From assembly GCA_964499705.1 (NCBI GenBank), contig CAZCME010000002.1:1-64000 (forward strand): 64,000 nt of DNA. Direction: 5' to 3'. The stretch comes from an uncultured bacterium (GTDB lineage: Bacteria > UBA8481). Below, piece by piece: positions 10,725-19,908 of this stretch. A program made the translations under genes and the position numbers. How positions within the stretch are numbered: the first letter of the stretch is position 1; each line of letters starts with the position of its first letter. The notes under the pieces were generated by a model, which saw only the letters and a list, made by a program, of their open reading frames with translations, made no database searches and had not been told where the DNA came from.

Positions 10725-11962
10725 CGGCGGAGCCCATGAAATATTCGGAGCATGTGACACCGTCCGGGCTGCGCGTCTACGTCGAGGAGATCGCGGCGGC
10801 GCGGAGCGCGGCGTGCGGATATTTTGTCGCGACCGGCTCGCGGGACGAGACGCCTGAAGTGATGGGCGTGTCGCATTTCCTGGAGCACATGTCGTTCAAG
10901 GCGACGAAGAAACGATCCGCGATCGAGGTCTCGCGCGAGCTCGATAACATGGGATCGCGCGCCAACGCCTACACGTCCTGGGAGCGCACCGTGTATTTCG
11001 CCCAGGTGCTGCCGGAGTTCGTGCCCGGCGCGATCGGGCTCATCGCGGAGATGATCGATCCCGGGTTTCTCGAGGAGGATTTCAGGACGGAGAAGAATGT
11101 CATTCTCGAGGAGATCGAGATGTACAACGACAGGCCGGAATTTCTCCTCTTCGAGTATCTCCTGCAGGAACGCTACAGGAATCATCCCCTCTCCGGACGC
11201 ATCCTGGGCACAGGCGAGTCGATCACGGCGCTGCAGCTCGAACAGATGAAGGCCTATCACGCCGACCGATATCGTCGATCGAACATCGTCCTGGCGGTCG
11301 CGGGCGCCGTGAAGGCGGAGGAGATCATACGGATCGCGGATCTTCTGGAGGACCCCGGAGCGGAGCGACGCTCCTTCGCGGGAAGCGCTGTCATGATTCC
11401 GAAGTCCGAGTCCGGAAGGCACGCGAAGGTGACGCGCGAGACGGACATGCGCGAGCATTACATGGCCGCCTGGGCCGGGCCGCCGACACCGAAGATGCGC
11501 GAGCGGTACGTCGCGAGCGTCCTGGCGATCCTGCTCGGCGACGAGGAAGGCTCCCGCTTCGCGTGGGCGTTGACGCACAAGGGGATCACGGAGGACGCGG
11601 ACGCCGGAGCGATCTCCTTCCGCGACGACGGGCTTTTCTACGCCGGCTTCACGAGCACGAAGGAGAATTTCGATCGGGCGCGGGAGATCCTGCACGGGGA
11701 AATCGCTCGTCTCAGGAAGGGCGGCCTGGAACCGGACGAGCTGGAGCGGGCGCGGACGAAATACGCCTCCCGGATCATGCTCGGCGCGGAATCCACGATG
11801 TCGCGGATGAGCGGCCTGGGCAACGACTCTCTCGACGGTGTGGGTTATTTCAGCGTAAGGGAGGAACTCGACATCATCATGGCGATCCAGGAGGAGCACG
11901 TGATGGAAATGGCGCAGGGGCTCGACGATCCGATCGCTTCCGCGCAGATCGGTCCGATCTGA
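10721..11962 (+). CDS. M16 family zinc peptidase, catalytic subunit
   Basis: GSRDE...SHFLEHM inverted zinc motif, NAYTS, EKNVILEE; ATGA overlap with the upstream gene. Confidence 0.92.
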   Translation: MTAEPMKYSEHVTPSGLRVYVEEIAAARSAACGYFVATGSRDETPEVMGVSHFLEHMSFKATKKRSAIEVSRELDNMGSRANAYTSWERTVYFAQVLPEFVPGAIGLIAEMIDPGFLEEDFRTEKNVILEEIEMYNDRPEFLLFEYLLQERYRNHPLSGRILGTGESITALQLEQMKAYHADRYRRSNIVLAVAGAVKAEEIIRIADLLEDPGAERRSFAGSAVMIPKSESGRHAKVTRETDMREHYMAAWAGPPTPKMRERYVASVLAILLGDEEGSRFAWALTHKGITEDADAGAISFRDDGLFYAGFTSTKENFDRAREILHGEIARLRKGGLEPDELERARTKYASRIMLGAESTMSRMSGLGNDSLDGVGYFSVREELDIIMAIQEEHVMEMAQGLDDPIASAQIGPI

Positions 11963-11971
11963 GGTGGCGGC

Positions 11972-13480
11972 ATGAGCGAAACTCTGCCCACGCTGTACAC
12001 CAAAAAGGATTCCCAGCCCGCGGGGGAGACGGGCTTCAAGATCGGCATGTCGGTGGATGGATACGAGATCACCGGCATCCTGGGACAGGGCGGCATGGGC
12101 GCCGTCTACATGGCGAAGCACCTTATGCTCAACCGCGATGTGGCGATCAAGGTGCTCGCGCAGCAGCACATGAAGAACCACGAACTCGTCGATCGCTTTC
12201 TCCGGGAGGCCCGGTCCCTGGCGGAAGTATCGCATCCCGGGATCATCGCGGTGCACGACCTGAGGCTGCAGGGCGACTACCCATGGATCGTGATGGAGTT
12301 CGTCGAAGGCGTGTCGCTGGAAGCGATGCTGGAGGAGAAGAAGAAGCTGTCGGTCAAGGATACCGTCCAGATCGCCGCCCAGATCGCCGAAGCCCTGGAT
12401 CACGCTCATAACCACGGCATCATCCACCGCGACCTGAAGCCGCCGAACATCCTCATCAACAAGGATGGCGTCGTCAAGGTCGCCGACTTCGGCCTGGCGG
12501 GAATACTGGGCGAACCGAAGGATCAGAGATTGACCGCGGTGGACGTCGTCATGGGAACTCCCGGGTTCATGGCCCCGGAGATCCGCAGCAATCCGATGGA
12601 TGTCGACGGCCGCGCGGACCTGTATTCGCTCGGCGTGAACCTGTACCAGATGCTGACCGGGAAGATTCCTTCCGGATATTTTCAGCCGCCCGACAAGTTG
12701 AATCCCGAGGTTCCCCCCGAGCTTTCGCAGCTCGTGCTGAGTCTGCTGGCGCAGGAACCGGAGAACCGGCCGCAGACCGCGCGGGAAGTGGCGAGCCGCC
12801 TCGCGCCCTGGATGACGGAGAGGGGAGCGTCGGAATTCCGGAGCATGGTGCAGGATGTAAAGGTTGTGGCGCGTCCGCGGTTGGCCGCGCTGGATGACAT
12901 CTGGGCGCATCGCTCCTTCGTCACCGCGCTCCTCGGCCTCGTCATCGTCTGCATCGTCTCCTTCAACATTCTCGACCTCGGTCCCGTCGCCCGCGCGACG
13001 CGCTCGCTTGTACCTCTGTCCGCCGTCGCGGCCATCATCATGGGATGGCTCAGCATCGGCCGGATCCGCCGGTCGCAGGGCGCGGCGAAGGGCGCGCGCT
13101 TCGCGACGTTCGGAATGATCATGGGGCTCTGGCTCTTCTTCATCATCTTCATCTCGCACAAGTACGACCGGAGCCCGTCGATACTCTTTCTCTCCCGATT
13201 TCCGATGGTGATCGCCGCCGTCTGCGCCTTCGCGCTCTGGGACTGGCTGCACCGCACCCAGCAGGAGCTCGGCACGCTCTTCACGCAGAGCGGCGGCCGG
13301 TATGAGCGAGCCGCCTGGTTCGTCGTTCTCCTGGCGCCGGCGTTTCTCCTGATTCCTTTCCTTCAATATGTCGAGCCGGAATATCTCCTGAACGTTCTGC
13401 TCTTCCGCTGGATCGCGATCGGCATCGGCCCGGTCATCTATATCCTTCTCGTGGTTCTGCCCGGCGCCCGCCTGAAATAG
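11972..13480 (+). CDS. Hanks-type Ser/Thr protein kinase with multi-pass membrane C-terminus
   Basis: GQGGMG, VAIK, HRDLKPPN, DFG, GTPGFMAPE, DLYSLG; about six hydrophobic segments follow. Confidence 0.93.
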   Translation: MSETLPTLYTKKDSQPAGETGFKIGMSVDGYEITGILGQGGMGAVYMAKHLMLNRDVAIKVLAQQHMKNHELVDRFLREARSLAEVSHPGIIAVHDLRLQGDYPWIVMEFVEGVSLEAMLEEKKKLSVKDTVQIAAQIAEALDHAHNHGIIHRDLKPPNILINKDGVVKVADFGLAGILGEPKDQRLTAVDVVMGTPGFMAPEIRSNPMDVDGRADLYSLGVNLYQMLTGKIPSGYFQPPDKLNPEVPPELSQLVLSLLAQEPENRPQTAREVASRLAPWMTERGASEFRSMVQDVKVVARPRLAALDDIWAHRSFVTALLGLVIVCIVSFNILDLGPVARATRSLVPLSAVAAIIMGWLSIGRIRRSQGAAKGARFATFGMIMGLWLFFIIFISHKYDRSPSILFLSRFPMVIAAVCAFALWDWLHRTQQELGTLFTQSGGRYERAAWFVVLLAPAFLLIPFLQYVEPEYLLNVLLFRWIAIGIGPVIYILLVVLPGARLK

Positions 13481-13590
13481 GGGACATTCTCCAACATTGC
13501 AACATTGGGGATAATGAAGTTACTCGATTTCTGGGGTAACTTTTTTGTAACGCTATTATTCTGAATGTTGCAATGTTGGAGAATGTCCCC
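13480..13590. repeat. Family-1 palindromic element, copy 2 (core inverted relative to copies 1 and 3)
   Basis: Perfect 27-bp IR GGGGACATTCTCCAACATTGCAACATT / AATGTTGCAATGTTGGAGAATGTCCCC; flanked by TA on both sides. Confidence 0.95.
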
Positions 13591-13598
13591 TACAGCTC

Positions 13599-15293
13599 CT
13601 ACAGCCGCTTGTAGATGGAAATCTTCGAGACGAAGAGATTCGGCAGGAAGAATCTCTCGCTCTCGTAACGGATCCGGTGATTCCAGAAGGAGAGATCCGG
13701 TTCATACTCCGCGACGGGGATGAATCCGTTCTGCGTCAGGATATTGTCCACATGAGGATAAAGAACGCGGCTGTCGGAGAGGAGTTCCATCCTGTTCGTG
13801 ACGATCCACGTCACGCTGTCGGGAATGGGCTCGGCGAGGGACAGTTCCGGCTGGTAATTGTAGTGCTTCCTGGCGCGCCAGAAGTAATCGGTGTACAGGA
13901 TGGTCGGCTGGTAGTTATAGATCATCTCGTAGAAAAACCCGATCGTTTCTCCCGGAGGAATGTGTTCCGCGATCCAGTCGCTCGACTCGATCCGGATATC
14001 GCGATCGAGGAAGAACTTCCGGACGAGAGCCGCGTCGACTCCGGCGTTCAGCACCAGGGCGGCCGCGACCGGCACCATGGCGATCCGGTCGAAGCGGACG
14101 AAGAGGGCGTCCAGGAAGAGGCAGAGCGAGACGAGCAGCAGCAGGCTCGGCACGAGCATCCGGCTGGCCTGGTTCAATCCGTTGAAGCTCGACAGGCCCA
14201 GCCAGAGCAGCAGGTACGCCGCGATCACGATGTGGCTCCGGGATGATCGCGCCCGCGCGAGGAGCGGCACGATGGAGATGTAGGCGGCGTATGCGACGGA
14301 CGCGGACAGCGCGAATGTCAGGACCGTGCCGTAATAGTTGGTGAAGACGATATCCTTCGGCGTGGGCAGGCCGCTGATGTCGCCGGTCGCATTCAGGAGC
14401 TGGGTCCTGATCGTCTTGATGATGTCGTCGAAGCGCGTCAGAAGCGAATAGGCGAGCGTCAGGCCGTAGGTGACAATGAGGGCCGAGAAAGCGCGTCCCG
14501 CGCGCGAGAGCTTTTCGCGCGGCGTTTCATCGCGGCGGATGAGGAGGGCGAGCGCGATGAGCGGAACGAGCGCGCCCGCGGTCGTCTTCGTCGCGATGGC
14601 GATTCCGGAGAGGATGGCGGCGCGCTTCAAGGCGTAGGGGTGATAGGCCTCCTGGTCGGCGACGAGATACATGATGACCGAGAGTTCGAGATACGCGACG
14701 ATGACGTTGTAGGAGGCGTAATGGCCGAGCATGATCCCGAGGGGCATCAGCGCGGCGAGGAACGTTCCGGTCCATACGGCTTCCGGCCGCTTGCAGAGGA
14801 GATCCAGCAGGCGGTGGACGACGACGACGATCAACATGCCGAAGAAAGCGGAAATGTACCGCCCCACCATCATGGCCTCCGCGAAAATGGCGTTGGAATC
14901 CAGGACGGGGTAGAGCCCGAGCAGTTTCTTCATACCCACGACGGGGATGGTCGCAAAGAAGATGAGATAGTTGGCGACGGGCAGCGAAGCGAGGGGCCAC
15001 TCCGGAGCGATCGTGATCTGCCCCGTGAGGAATCCTTTCGCCACCGTGATAAGGGTCTCCGCGTCGATCTTCATGCCGCCGGCGTTATTCGCCGAAGCAT
15101 ATTTCGCGAAACTGTTCCCCAGGCTCCGGAAGCACGCCGCGAACTCCCGCTCGTCGGGGTAGAAAGTGTAGACCGTGCCCTTGACGCCGGGAGGCGGATC
15201 ATCCGCGTGGAAATGGACGAGCCCGTGGTCATTGCCGGCCAGGCGCAGAGAGAGGCTTGCGAGGCAGATCAGGATGAGGACGAAGCGCGGCAT
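13599..15293 (-). CDS. Integral membrane glycosyltransferase (GT-C, ArnT/PMT-like)
   Basis: N-terminal TM followed by YPDE loop motif, many TMs, GIAIATK motif, soluble C-terminal domain. Confidence 0.7.
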   Translation of the reverse strand: MPRFVLILICLASLSLRLAGNDHGLVHFHADDPPPGVKGTVYTFYPDEREFAACFRSLGNSFAKYASANNAGGMKIDAETLITVAKGFLTGQITIAPEWPLASLPVANYLIFFATIPVVGMKKLLGLYPVLDSNAIFAEAMMVGRYISAFFGMLIVVVVHRLLDLLCKRPEAVWTGTFLAALMPLGIMLGHYASYNVIVAYLELSVIMYLVADQEAYHPYALKRAAILSGIAIATKTTAGALVPLIALALLIRRDETPREKLSRAGRAFSALIVTYGLTLAYSLLTRFDDIIKTIRTQLLNATGDISGLPTPKDIVFTNYYGTVLTFALSASVAYAAYISIVPLLARARSSRSHIVIAAYLLLWLGLSSFNGLNQASRMLVPSLLLLVSLCLFLDALFVRFDRIAMVPVAAALVLNAGVDAALVRKFFLDRDIRIESSDWIAEHIPPGETIGFFYEMIYNYQPTILYTDYFWRARKHYNYQPELSLAEPIPDSVTWIVTNRMELLSDSRVLYPHVDNILTQNGFIPVAEYEPDLSFWNHRIRYESERFFLPNLFVSKISIYKRL

Positions 15294-15307
15294 CGTGCCC
15301 GCTATTC

Positions 15308-15337
15308 TTGCACAACTCGGTCCCGGTGTCGTAGACT
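15308..15337 (+). promoter_or_regulatory. Sigma70-type promoter of the tRNA gene
   Basis: TTGCAC-18 nt-TAGACT ending 11 nt before the tRNA. Confidence 0.55.
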
Positions 15338-15348
15338 TCTCCGACCCA

Positions 15349-15422
15349 GCGCCCGTAGCTCATCTGGATAGAGCACCGGTTTCCTAAACCGGGGGTAACA
15401 GGTTCAAGTCCTGTCGGGCGCA
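15349..15422 (+). tRNA. tRNA-Arg(CCT), CCA end not encoded
   Basis: Acceptor stem GCGCCCG/CGGGCGC, D arm GCTC..GAGC, anticodon arm CCGGT-TTCCTAA-ACCGG, T arm ACAGG-TTCAAGT-CCTGT; followed by GTG, not CCA. Confidence 0.97.
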
Positions 15423-15496
15423 GTGCCGGTCATTTTGCAAGCCTGTCCAGTCCAGGCTCGCGATATTATTCGGAGCCTTGCGATGGCGTGACGCTC

Positions 15497-15525
15497 TTGA
15501 CATCTCCGTCTTCAGTCGAGACAAT
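15497..15525 (+). promoter_or_regulatory. Sigma70-type promoter of the deoC fusion, leaderless geometry
   Basis: TTGACA-17 nt-GACAAT-6 nt-ATG(15532); no SD. Confidence 0.7.
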
Positions 15526-15531
15526 CCGTGC

Positions 15532-17031
15532 ATGGAAATCGACAAGGATCTCGTCGAGAAGATCGCCCGCGAAGTCATCAGCCGTCTCGGCGCCACGCCG
15601 GGATTCATCCCATCCTCCGCCACATCCGGTTCGCTCCTGGCCGTCCTGACCTGCGGCGTCGTCGGGATCGACGAGGCTGTCGCGCAGCTCCAGAAGGCCC
15701 GCGCGGGATATGCGTCCCTGACGGTGTTTCTCGCGCAGTGCGCGGATGGAAAGTCCGGCGAGGAAATTTCCAACCGCGTTCGTCCCGATCGTGTCCTGAA
15801 GGCGACGCAGGGCGCGTCCGTCGATCAGGCTCTGGAAGGCGCCGCCGCGGTCGTTTACCCGAACTGCACGATGACCCTGGCGGCCAAGATCGGCATGCTC
15901 ATCTCGGACTCGACCTCCAGTTCGATCGCGGTCTCCGCCCTCGTCCGCCGATTGCCGGTCACGATCGCGACGAACTCGATGCTCGCCAGCCTGGCGAAGG
16001 GCGACTATGTGCCCCCCGAATTTCAGGCGGTCGGCGCGGAGCATATCGATCGCTTGAAGCGCGCGGGCGTCCGGACCTGCGATATCCGGGAGATGGCGGC
16101 GACCGCGGCAGGAGCGAAATCCTCGGTCGGGTCCTCTTCCTGGCAGGCTCTTCCTGTTACCGTGACCCACGAACTGCCGGCCTCCGCCGCGATCCAGTGC
16201 CAGCCGGTCCTGCGGGATCTCGAAGCCTTCGTCCGCTCCTCCATGGCCGACGATCCCTCCTGCCAGCCCTGCGCCGCCAAGCTCCACGCGGCCATCGAGA
16301 AATGCATCGAAGCCGGAGCCTGCCGCATCGGAACGGCGGGCACGCCCGACACCGCGCACGGCAGCGGCGGCGTCGCCGGGATGATCGACCATACTTTATT
16401 GAAGGCGAACGCGACTCCTCAGGAAGTCGAGAAGCTCTGCGCCGAGGCGCGCCAGTACAAGTTCAAGTCGGTCTGCATCAATCCCGGCTACATCGCGATG
16501 AGCAAGCGGCTCCTCCAGGGTTCGGGTGTCCTCGTCTGCACCGTCATCGGATTTCCCCTCGGGGCGACGACGACCGGAGCGAAAGCCGCGGAGACGCGCG
16601 ACGCGATCGCGGACGGCGCCGATGAGATCGACATGGTCATCAACATCGGCGCCCTGAAAGCCGGCGATTACATGAAGGTGAAGCACGACATGGAAGAGGT
16701 CGTCGAGGCGGCGAAGGGCCGGACCGTGAAGGTCATTCTCGAGACGCATTTTCTGACGGACGAAGAGAAGGTCGCCGCGTGCCAGCTTGCCGTCGCCGCG
16801 GGAGTTCACTTCGTCAAGACCTCCACCGGATTCGGCGGCGGCGGAGCCACGGCCGAGGACATCGCGCTGATGCGCAAGGTCGTCGGCCCGAACCTGGGGG
16901 TCAAGGCTTCCGGCGGCGTACGGACGAAGGAAGACGCGGAGAAGATGATCAAGGCCGGCGCGAACCGCATCGGCGCGTCCGCGTCCATCGCCATCGCCAC
17001 GGGGAAGAAAACGGAATCCAAGGGATATTGA
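15532..17031 (+). CDS. deoC: Deoxyribose-phosphate aldolase with long N-terminal extension (putative encapsulation peptide, flavoprotein-like domain, Cys-rich linker)
   Basis: C-terminal ~220 aa: [42 protein letters not shown]; about 280 extra N-terminal residues. Confidence 0.93.
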   Translation: MEIDKDLVEKIAREVISRLGATPGFIPSSATSGSLLAVLTCGVVGIDEAVAQLQKARAGYASLTVFLAQCADGKSGEEISNRVRPDRVLKATQGASVDQALEGAAAVVYPNCTMTLAAKIGMLISDSTSSSIAVSALVRRLPVTIATNSMLASLAKGDYVPPEFQAVGAEHIDRLKRAGVRTCDIREMAATAAGAKSSVGSSSWQALPVTVTHELPASAAIQCQPVLRDLEAFVRSSMADDPSCQPCAAKLHAAIEKCIEAGACRIGTAGTPDTAHGSGGVAGMIDHTLLKANATPQEVEKLCAEARQYKFKSVCINPGYIAMSKRLLQGSGVLVCTVIGFPLGATTTGAKAAETRDAIADGADEIDMVINIGALKAGDYMKVKHDMEEVVEAAKGRTVKVILETHFLTDEEKVAACQLAVAAGVHFVKTSTGFGGGGATAEDIALMRKVVGPNLGVKASGGVRTKEDAEKMIKAGANRIGASASIAIATGKKTESKGY

Positions 17032-18203
17032 GCTCCCGCTTCAATCGCGTTCTCGTCATCGTCCTCGATTCCGTCGGTGTCGGCGAGATGCCGGACGCGG
17101 CCGAATATGGCGATGTCGGTTCAAACACGCTCGGTAATCTCGCCCGCGCCGTCGGAGGATTGAAGGCGCCTCATTTCGGCGCGCTGGGATTGGGAAACAT
17201 CATCGAGGTCGCCGGAGTGCCTCCGGTCGACAAGCCCGCCGCATCCTGGGGCAAAGCTGCGCTGGCTGCTCCGAACAAGGATACGACCTCCGGCCACTGG
17301 GAGATGATGACCGCCGTCCTCAAGACGAAGCTCAATACTTTTCCCGATGGTTTTCCGGACGAACTCATCGACCTGTTCAAGCGCGAGGCGCATGTCGATG
17401 GCGTCCTGGCGAACAAGGTGGCGTCCGGGACGGAAGTGATCGCGGAGTATGGCCAGGAGCATGTGCGGACGGGCTGGCCGATCGTGTACACGAGCGCGGA
17501 CTCCGTCTTCCAGATCGCCTGTCACGAAGAATCGTTCGGCCTCGAACGATTGTACGAAATATGCGAGTCGGCGCGGCGCCTTCTCACGGGGAAATACGAA
17601 GTGGGTCGCGTCATCGCCCGGCCCTTTCTCGGGACGCCCGGTTCCTACAAGAGAACGTCCAATCGCCACGATTATTCCCTGGAGCCCCCCGTGCCGACCG
17701 TTTTGGACAGGTTGTGCGAGAAGAACATTCCGGTGCTCGGTATCGGCAAGATCCAGGACATCTTCGCCGGGCGCGGCGTGCCGGAAAACAACAAGACGAA
17801 GGACAACGCTGACGGCGTCGCGAAGATCCACGCCGCGCTGCAGTCGCACGCGAAAGGCTTCATCTTCGCCAATCTTGTCGATTTCGACTCGCTCTTCGGG
17901 CATCGCAACGATGTGGCCGGCTACGCGCGCGCCATCGAGGAGTTCGATGTCGCGCTGCCGGGCATCCTCCGGAAATTATCGGACCGCGATCTCCTCATCA
18001 TCTGCGCGGATCACGGCAACGATCCGACGACGCCATCGACCGATCACAACCGGGAATATTGCCCGATCCTCGCGTGGCGCTCCGGCGGCACCGGCCGCAA
18101 CATCGGCATCCGCCGGTCCCTGGCCGACATCGGCGCAACCGTGGCCGATGTCTTCGGCGTCACCCCGTCGGAAGGGGAATCGTTCCTGTCTCTCGTCGCC
18201 TGA
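17028..18203 (+). CDS. deoB: Phosphopentomutase
   Basis: [61 protein letters not shown] start overlapping the deoC stop (TTGA). Confidence 0.96.
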   Translation: MSSRFNRVLVIVLDSVGVGEMPDAAEYGDVGSNTLGNLARAVGGLKAPHFGALGLGNIIEVAGVPPVDKPAASWGKAALAAPNKDTTSGHWEMMTAVLKTKLNTFPDGFPDELIDLFKREAHVDGVLANKVASGTEVIAEYGQEHVRTGWPIVYTSADSVFQIACHEESFGLERLYEICESARRLLTGKYEVGRVIARPFLGTPGSYKRTSNRHDYSLEPPVPTVLDRLCEKNIPVLGIGKIQDIFAGRGVPENNKTKDNADGVAKIHAALQSHAKGFIFANLVDFDSLFGHRNDVAGYARAIEEFDVALPGILRKLSDRDLLIICADHGNDPTTPSTDHNREYCPILAWRSGGTGRNIGIRRSLADIGATVADVFGVTPSEGESFLSLVA

Positions 18204-18312
18204 CGCTATAGTCTCGCCTCGATCGTCCTCAGGATCCGCTACCCGTGATGTCCACGGTGCCGCCATGGCGATGGATGGCGTGCATCTCGCCCTTCTCTAT
18301 GTTGATGACAGG

Positions 18313-18520
18313 AGTTCCCCATCAAATATTTAACAGGATGGGCAGGATCGATTGACCGTAGGATTGCAGATAGTGTCGTCCTTTTAATGGGGAGTGGTTT
18401 TCTTTTTACTTTGAGAGACTTGATCATGGCTCATATGCGGCAGCATTAATTCGATTTTTATGGAAAGAATCCTGCCCACCCTGCCCATCCTGTTAATTTC
18501 ACGCCATTGGATGGGGAACT
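18313..18520. repeat. Family-2 palindromic element, copy B
   Basis: 11-bp TIR AGTTCCCCATC / GATGGGGAACT; inner arms TTAACAGGATGGGCAGGAT and ATCCTGCCCACCCTGCCCATCCTGTTAA; AT-rich core. Confidence 0.87.
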
Positions 18521-18568
18521 TGCGTTGCCCGTGTGTCGCGTTCGATTCTCTGGCATAATGCCTTCATC

Positions 18569-19810
18569 ATGGCACTCGTAACCTGTCCCGGTTTTGTCGA
18601 CGCGCATTCGCATGATGACACGGCGCTCTTGTCGGATCCCGCGCGGCCTATCAAGAGACGCCAGGGGATCGTTCATCAGGTCATCGGCAACTGCGGTCTC
18701 ACTCCGTTTCCTCTCGTTCCCGGAGACCAGCCCGAGTACGAGAAGTTTCTTCACTCTGTTCTCGGAGAATGCCCCTGCCGCGACGAGGGGATTCATGAGC
18801 GGACGGGAGATTTCATCGGGAAGATGCCCGCGAACATCTCCACGCTCCTCGGCTACAACAGTCTCCGCGTCCGTCTCTTCGGTTACCTGGACCGCCCGCT
18901 CGATGCCGGCGAGCGCAGGCTCGCGCGGAAGGGAATCCAGGACGCGCTGGATGGGGGCGCGATAGGGGTTTCGATCGGTCTCGCGTATCTGCCCGCCGTG
19001 GCCGCGGACGCGGAGGAGATTTCCGCGATCGCGGACGTATCGCCCCTGCTGACTGTCCACATGCGAAATGAATCGACGCATGTCCTGGAGTCGCTCGATG
19101 AGATGGGCGCCGCGGTCTCGTCGGCGCGCGCGCGCGGATCGCGGTGCCACCTCCACATCTCCCACCTGAAGATCGCCGGCGAAAGAAACTGGCCCCTGTG
19201 GGATCGGCTCCTGCAACGCGTTCTTTTCTGGCGCGAAGAACTCGGGATCACGTTCGACCACTATCCGTTTTCGTTCGGCTCCACCGGCCTCGCCGCTTTG
19301 CTGCCGCCGGAATTCGGACGCCTGCCCCGGAAGGAACTCGCGCGCGTTCACGCGTCCGCGATCGAGGAACGCTTCGCCGATACGGACTGGGAAAACTACA
19401 TCCATTTCGCGGGCCCCGAGAATCTCACCTTCGCGGGCCTCACGTACTGGCCTCATCTGAACGGCACGACGCTGGAGGGGCAGAATGTCGCGGAGCTGAT
19501 CCGGGACATGGTCCTGTCCGAACCGAATCCCGCGATTCTCATCAAGGGCCAGAGCGACAAGGTGATAGATGAGCTTCTGAAATTGCCGTTCGGCTGCATC
19601 GGCAGCGATGCGCTCCCGGACGTGCCGGAACATCCGCGCCTCACCAGCACGTTTCCCGAATATCTCGCCCGCATGAAACGGCTCGGCCAGACACTGGAAT
19701 TCGCGGTGGATAAGGCGTCGAGACTTCCTCGCAAGATCTTCGGAATCAGGAATGAAGACGAGATTTCGATCGATCGGGACTCCTTCCGGATCGGTTTCTC
19801 CCCGGCCTGA
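18569..19810 (+). CDS. Amidohydrolase, N-acyl-D-amino-acid deacylase-like (short form)
   Basis: PGFVDAHSHDD, GNCG, HMRNE, HISHLK, IGSDA, HPRLTSTFP motifs. Confidence 0.85.
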   Translation: MALVTCPGFVDAHSHDDTALLSDPARPIKRRQGIVHQVIGNCGLTPFPLVPGDQPEYEKFLHSVLGECPCRDEGIHERTGDFIGKMPANISTLLGYNSLRVRLFGYLDRPLDAGERRLARKGIQDALDGGAIGVSIGLAYLPAVAADAEEISAIADVSPLLTVHMRNESTHVLESLDEMGAAVSSARARGSRCHLHISHLKIAGERNWPLWDRLLQRVLFWREELGITFDHYPFSFGSTGLAALLPPEFGRLPRKELARVHASAIEERFADTDWENYIHFAGPENLTFAGLTYWPHLNGTTLEGQNVAELIRDMVLSEPNPAILIKGQSDKVIDELLKLPFGCIGSDALPDVPEHPRLTSTFPEYLARMKRLGQTLEFAVDKASRLPRKIFGIRNEDEISIDRDSFRIGFSPA

Positions 19811-19908
19811 GGAGATGAACATCCGGATTCGAAATCTGAAAACGCTTCATCTTCGTTCTGCCTCTGTTAGACTGCTCACATGAACCCGCGTCTGGAATAT
19901 ATTCCGTC

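Noticed and set aside
10499-13366. 955-aa minus-strand ORF (likewise 20509-23427, 24205-26115, 30880-32634, 43513-44916)
   Set aside because: Antisense shadows of clearly identified genes, expected at high GC; no protein motifs
15349-15422. tRNA-Arg as the integration site of an island
   Set aside because: No integrase and no duplicated tRNA 3' end seen in the window; downstream genes are metabolic or housekeeping
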